This document shows, piece after piece, positions 61,517 through 64,000 of a DNA stretch of 64,000 nt. The position numbers and the translations under genes were made by a program. The DNA is taken from positions 211,545 through 275,544 of the forward strand of contig JAQUPL010000001.1 in assembly GCA_028716565.1 (NCBI GenBank), given 5' to 3'. The notes under the pieces were generated by a model. The model saw nothing but the letters and a program-made list of their open reading frames with translations. It was not told the origin of the DNA and ran no database searches. This DNA is from Candidatus Omnitrophota bacterium. GTDB lineage: Bacteria; Omnitrophota; Gorgyraeia; Pluralincolimonadales; Pluralincolimonadaceae. The stretch's first letter is position 1. Each line of letters begins with the position of its first letter.

Positions 61517-63492
61517 TCCGGCAAGGCTGACAAGAATTTCCTGCCGTATGGTTTTTGCAATATCCTGCTGTCCAGGATAACGACGATGCCGGTGTCGTAT
61601 TTCGTGCGCACCAGCCTGCCGAAGCCCTGCTTTAATTTCAATATCGCCTGCGGGAGGCTGTAATCCTGGAACGGGTCCCCGCCTTTATCCTTTATCTTTT
61701 CCATCCTCGCTTCTGCGATCGGGTGGTCAGGCACGGCAAAGGGCAGCCTCGTGATAATAACGTTGCCCAACGCCTCGCCCGGCACGTCGACGCCTGTCCA
61801 GAACGAATCTACGCCGAATATCACCGAGCCGACGTCGCGTTTGAAAGCCTCGAGCATCTTGGTGCGCGGGAGCCCGGCGCCCTGTTTTAATACGGGGATG
61901 CCGAGGTCATGGAGGAAAGGCGCGGTCTCCTCATATACGTCATCCATGAACCTGTAACTCGTGAACAGGACGAACGCCCTCCCCTCGGTCCGTTCGAGGT
62001 AATCTTTCAGTTTATGGACCACTTCCGCCTTGTATTTATCGTAGTCGTTAGGGTCCGGCATCTTTTTCGGGATATGGATCTTCACATTATTTGCGTAATC
62101 GAACGGTGAGCCCAGTAATTTCTCGTCGCACCTCTTTAAGCCGAGGCGGCTTTTTATGTATTCGAAATTCTTCTCGGTCGATAACGTGGCGCTTGTAAGC
62201 ACGACCGTGTCTATCCTCGAAAAGAGCGTCCCGTTGAGCGCCGGGGCGATGTTGATGGGCGCGCACTCGAGCGATATCCTGCGCCTGCTTGCGGCCCGCA
62301 GGCTGCCCGATGCCTCCGCCCAATAGACGTAATCCGGCGCGCCCATCGACAGGGACATTTCCAATGCCTGGATTAGCGCGTCCGTCCTGTTCATGTAATA
62401 CTTGAAATCCATCTCTTCTTCTTTGGAGCGTGCCCGCTCGAACTTGTCCTCGAGCATGCGGGAGAGAGCCTTGAGCGGTTTTGAAAGGCAGTCATCCGTG
62501 AAATCCGGCTCACTGACCCTGCGTATGGTATCCCTGTCGAGCCAATCCGCGACGCCGTCAAAGAAAGTGTCCGAGGCCTTCTTCAGGTCGGAAACAAAGT
62601 CTTTCAGCCCGTCATCGCTGACAGAAGCAAGGAACCCTTTTTTCTTCGACGGGTTATACAGGGAATCGAGGAGGTATTTTACCCTGAAGTTAGATATCTC
62701 ATGACCGAGATGTTCGGTCGCGACATCTTCAATCGTATGCGCTTCGTCGAAGACGACGCACGAGTAATTCGGAAGGAGCGAGTACTCGGATTGGCGCAAG
62801 GCAAGGTCGGAGAAGAAGAGATGATGGTTCACTATCAAAATATCCGCTTCCTGCATATTGCTGCGCGCCTTCATAAGGAAACAATCATTCCTGTAAGGGC
62901 ACTTCTTCCCTAGGCAGGTGTCCGGCTCGCAGCATACCCGCTCCCATACCTTCGGGCTGGGCTCCTCGCTGAAATCCGAACGCGAGCCGTCTGTCGTGAC
63001 CTTGGACCAGGCGAGGATATTCCGCAGGTCGCCGACCTCCTCCTTTGATTCGAAGAGGTCCGTCTTTGAAGAGAAGACCCTGTTGAGCCTCCTGAGGCAG
63101 AGATAATTAGAACGACCCTTTACCAGGCAGTAAGTGAAGTCGAACGGCATGACGGACTTGATGAACGGGATATCTTTTTTTATGAGCTGTTCCTGGAGGC
63201 TGATGGTGTTTGTGGAGATGACCGCTTTTTTACCGGATGAGACCGCGGAATCTATCAGGGGCACGAGATAAGCGAAGGATTTACCGACGCCTGTGCCGGC
63301 CTCGGTTATAAGGTGCCTCTTCTTCCTGATGGCGTCCTCGACGGCCTTTGCCATCTGACCCTGCTGCGGGCGGAATTCGTAATCTTTAAAGGCGTTCGCG
63401 AGCAGCCCGCCCTTGCCGAAAAATCCCTCCGCGTCGATATTAGCGGCCTGATCATTCGTGCCTCTGAGCAACGGGCTGTTAGGTAAGATCAT
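61495..63492 (-). CDS. dinG: ATP-dependent DNA helicase, DinG/XPD (Rad3) family with Fe-S cluster domain
   Basis: 665 aa; Walker A AGTGVGKSFAYLVP, four Cys in the FeS insert (CCEPDTCLGKKCPYRNDC), a DEAH-like VVFDEAHTIED motif, and a C-terminal helicase domain. Confidence 0.85.
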   Translation of the reverse strand: MILPNSPLLRGTNDQAANIDAEGFFGKGGLLANAFKDYEFRPQQGQMAKAVEDAIRKKRHLITEAGTGVGKSFAYLVPLIDSAVSSGKKAVISTNTISLQEQLIKKDIPFIKSVMPFDFTYCLVKGRSNYLCLRRLNRVFSSKTDLFESKEEVGDLRNILAWSKVTTDGSRSDFSEEPSPKVWERVCCEPDTCLGKKCPYRNDCFLMKARSNMQEADILIVNHHLFFSDLALRQSEYSLLPNYSCVVFDEAHTIEDVATEHLGHEISNFRVKYLLDSLYNPSKKKGFLASVSDDGLKDFVSDLKKASDTFFDGVADWLDRDTIRRVSEPDFTDDCLSKPLKALSRMLEDKFERARSKEEEMDFKYYMNRTDALIQALEMSLSMGAPDYVYWAEASGSLRAASRRRISLECAPINIAPALNGTLFSRIDTVVLTSATLSTEKNFEYIKSRLGLKRCDEKLLGSPFDYANNVKIHIPKKMPDPNDYDKYKAEVVHKLKDYLERTEGRAFVLFTSYRFMDDVYEETAPFLHDLGIPVLKQGAGLPRTKMLEAFKRDVGSVIFGVDSFWTGVDVPGEALGNVIITRLPFAVPDHPIAEARMEKIKDKGGDPFQDYSLPQAILKLKQGFGRLVRTKYDTGIVVILDSRILQKPYGRKFLSALPECEIIIE

Positions 63493-64000
63493 CTATCTCG
63501 GGCTTATTGCAAGTTCCTCCAGCCGCGCGATCCTGCGTTCGATAGGAGGATGCGTGCTGAAGAGGTTAGTGAAGCCGCCGCCTGTAAGCGGATTGACGAT
63601 AAATAAATGCGCGGTCGTCGGGTTCGCCTGCATCGGTACCTGGCGGGAGTAATTATAAAGCTTCCTTAACGCGTTCGCCAGCGATAAGGGCCTTCCGCTC
63701 AATTTGGCGCCGGATTCATCGGCCATATACTCCCTCGAACGGGAGATCGCCAATTGTATGAGCGTCGCGACGATGGGAGCGAGAATGGCTATTATCAACA
63801 GGGCGAGCGGGTTTCCGCCTTCCCTGTCGTTATTCCTTCCGCCGATACCTCCGAATATTGCCGCCCATCTCGCTATATTTGAAAGCATGTATATCGCGCC
63901 GGCGACTGTGGCGACTACGGTCATGATCAGGGTATCCCTGTTATGGACGTGGGAAAGCTCGTGGGAGATGACGCCTTCGAGTTCGTCGTCGCTTAATAAA
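63493..64000 (-). CDS. htpX: protease HtpX (M48 family), partial - N-terminus beyond window end
   Basis: The minus strand encodes ..[15 protein letters not shown]...[15 protein letters not shown] with HExxH at the window edge. The gene is truncated by the window. Confidence 0.85.
   Translation of the reverse strand, partial: LLSDDELEGVISHELSHVHNRDTLIMTVVATVAGAIYMLSNIARWAAIFGGIGGRNNDREGGNPLALLIIAILAPIVATLIQLAISRSREYMADESGAKLSGRPLSLANALRKLYNYSRQVPMQANPTTAHLFIVNPLTGGGFTNLFSTHPPIERRIARLEELAISPR

Noticed and set aside
62087-62323. 78-aa minus-strand ORF within dinG (and similar small internal ORFs such as 17700-17996, 37069-37266, 50516-50788)
   Set aside because: Out-of-frame overlaps of large conserved genes with Arg-rich translations. 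No independent evidence.

Overview
This 64 kb window is high-GC (roughly 55-60%), very gene-dense bacterial chromosome. Of 49 protein genes, 48 lie on the minus strand, as does one tRNA; many neighbours have start/stop overlaps or gaps of 1-20 bp. Most of the window is housekeeping. From low to high coordinate: apt (partial), a short sigma-70 family factor, ppdK, glyQS, recO, the phoH / 7TM-HD / ybeY / dgkA block, aspS-hisS, HU, dnaE, guaB-like / guaA, a CIRCE-controlled groES-groEL unit followed by a second groES, coaX-birA, uvrB, nadC, valS, a threonine/isoleucine cluster (hom-thrC-[ApgM-like]-lysC-cimA), tRNA-Pro(GGG), gpsA-plsY-pgsA, lepB-lepA, a PGM/PMM, an M16 peptidase, ruvX, manC, trpBA, a CHASE2-PP2C phosphatase, a DinG-family helicase and htpX (partial).

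The accessory-looking part is 51.2-59.6 kb. It holds a three-gene minus-strand operon: a 500-aa TPR + C-terminal beta-barrel outer-membrane protein (Slam / type 11 secretion-like architecture), then a 1933-aa secreted protein with two N-terminal FecR domains and about 1500 aa of internally repetitive Gly/Tyr/Asp/Asn/Trp-rich sequence, then a 104-aa lipoprotein resembling the SurA N-terminal chaperone domain. It is divergently paired with a low-GC PEP-CTERM protein gene across a perfect 12-2-12 palindrome that carries back-to-back TTGACA boxes. I consider this operon the best candidate for an undescribed dedicated secretion or surface-display system.

Other observations are:
- three copies of a 95-bp palindromic MITE/ERIC-like intergenic repeat, one of which supplies the last 12 codons and the stop of coaX;
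- a manC whose conserved N-terminus can only be translated from an ATT codon overlapping the trpA stop, with a GGAGG Shine-Dalgarno in place;
- a DgkA-PAP2 fusion;
- an ApgM-type (cofactor-independent PGM family) gene sitting where homoserine kinase should be;
- a CBS-less IMPDH-family protein as the only guaB candidate;
- a secreted tandem-discoidin protein wedged between nadC and uvrB.

No CRISPR array, rRNA or obvious defence genes are present.
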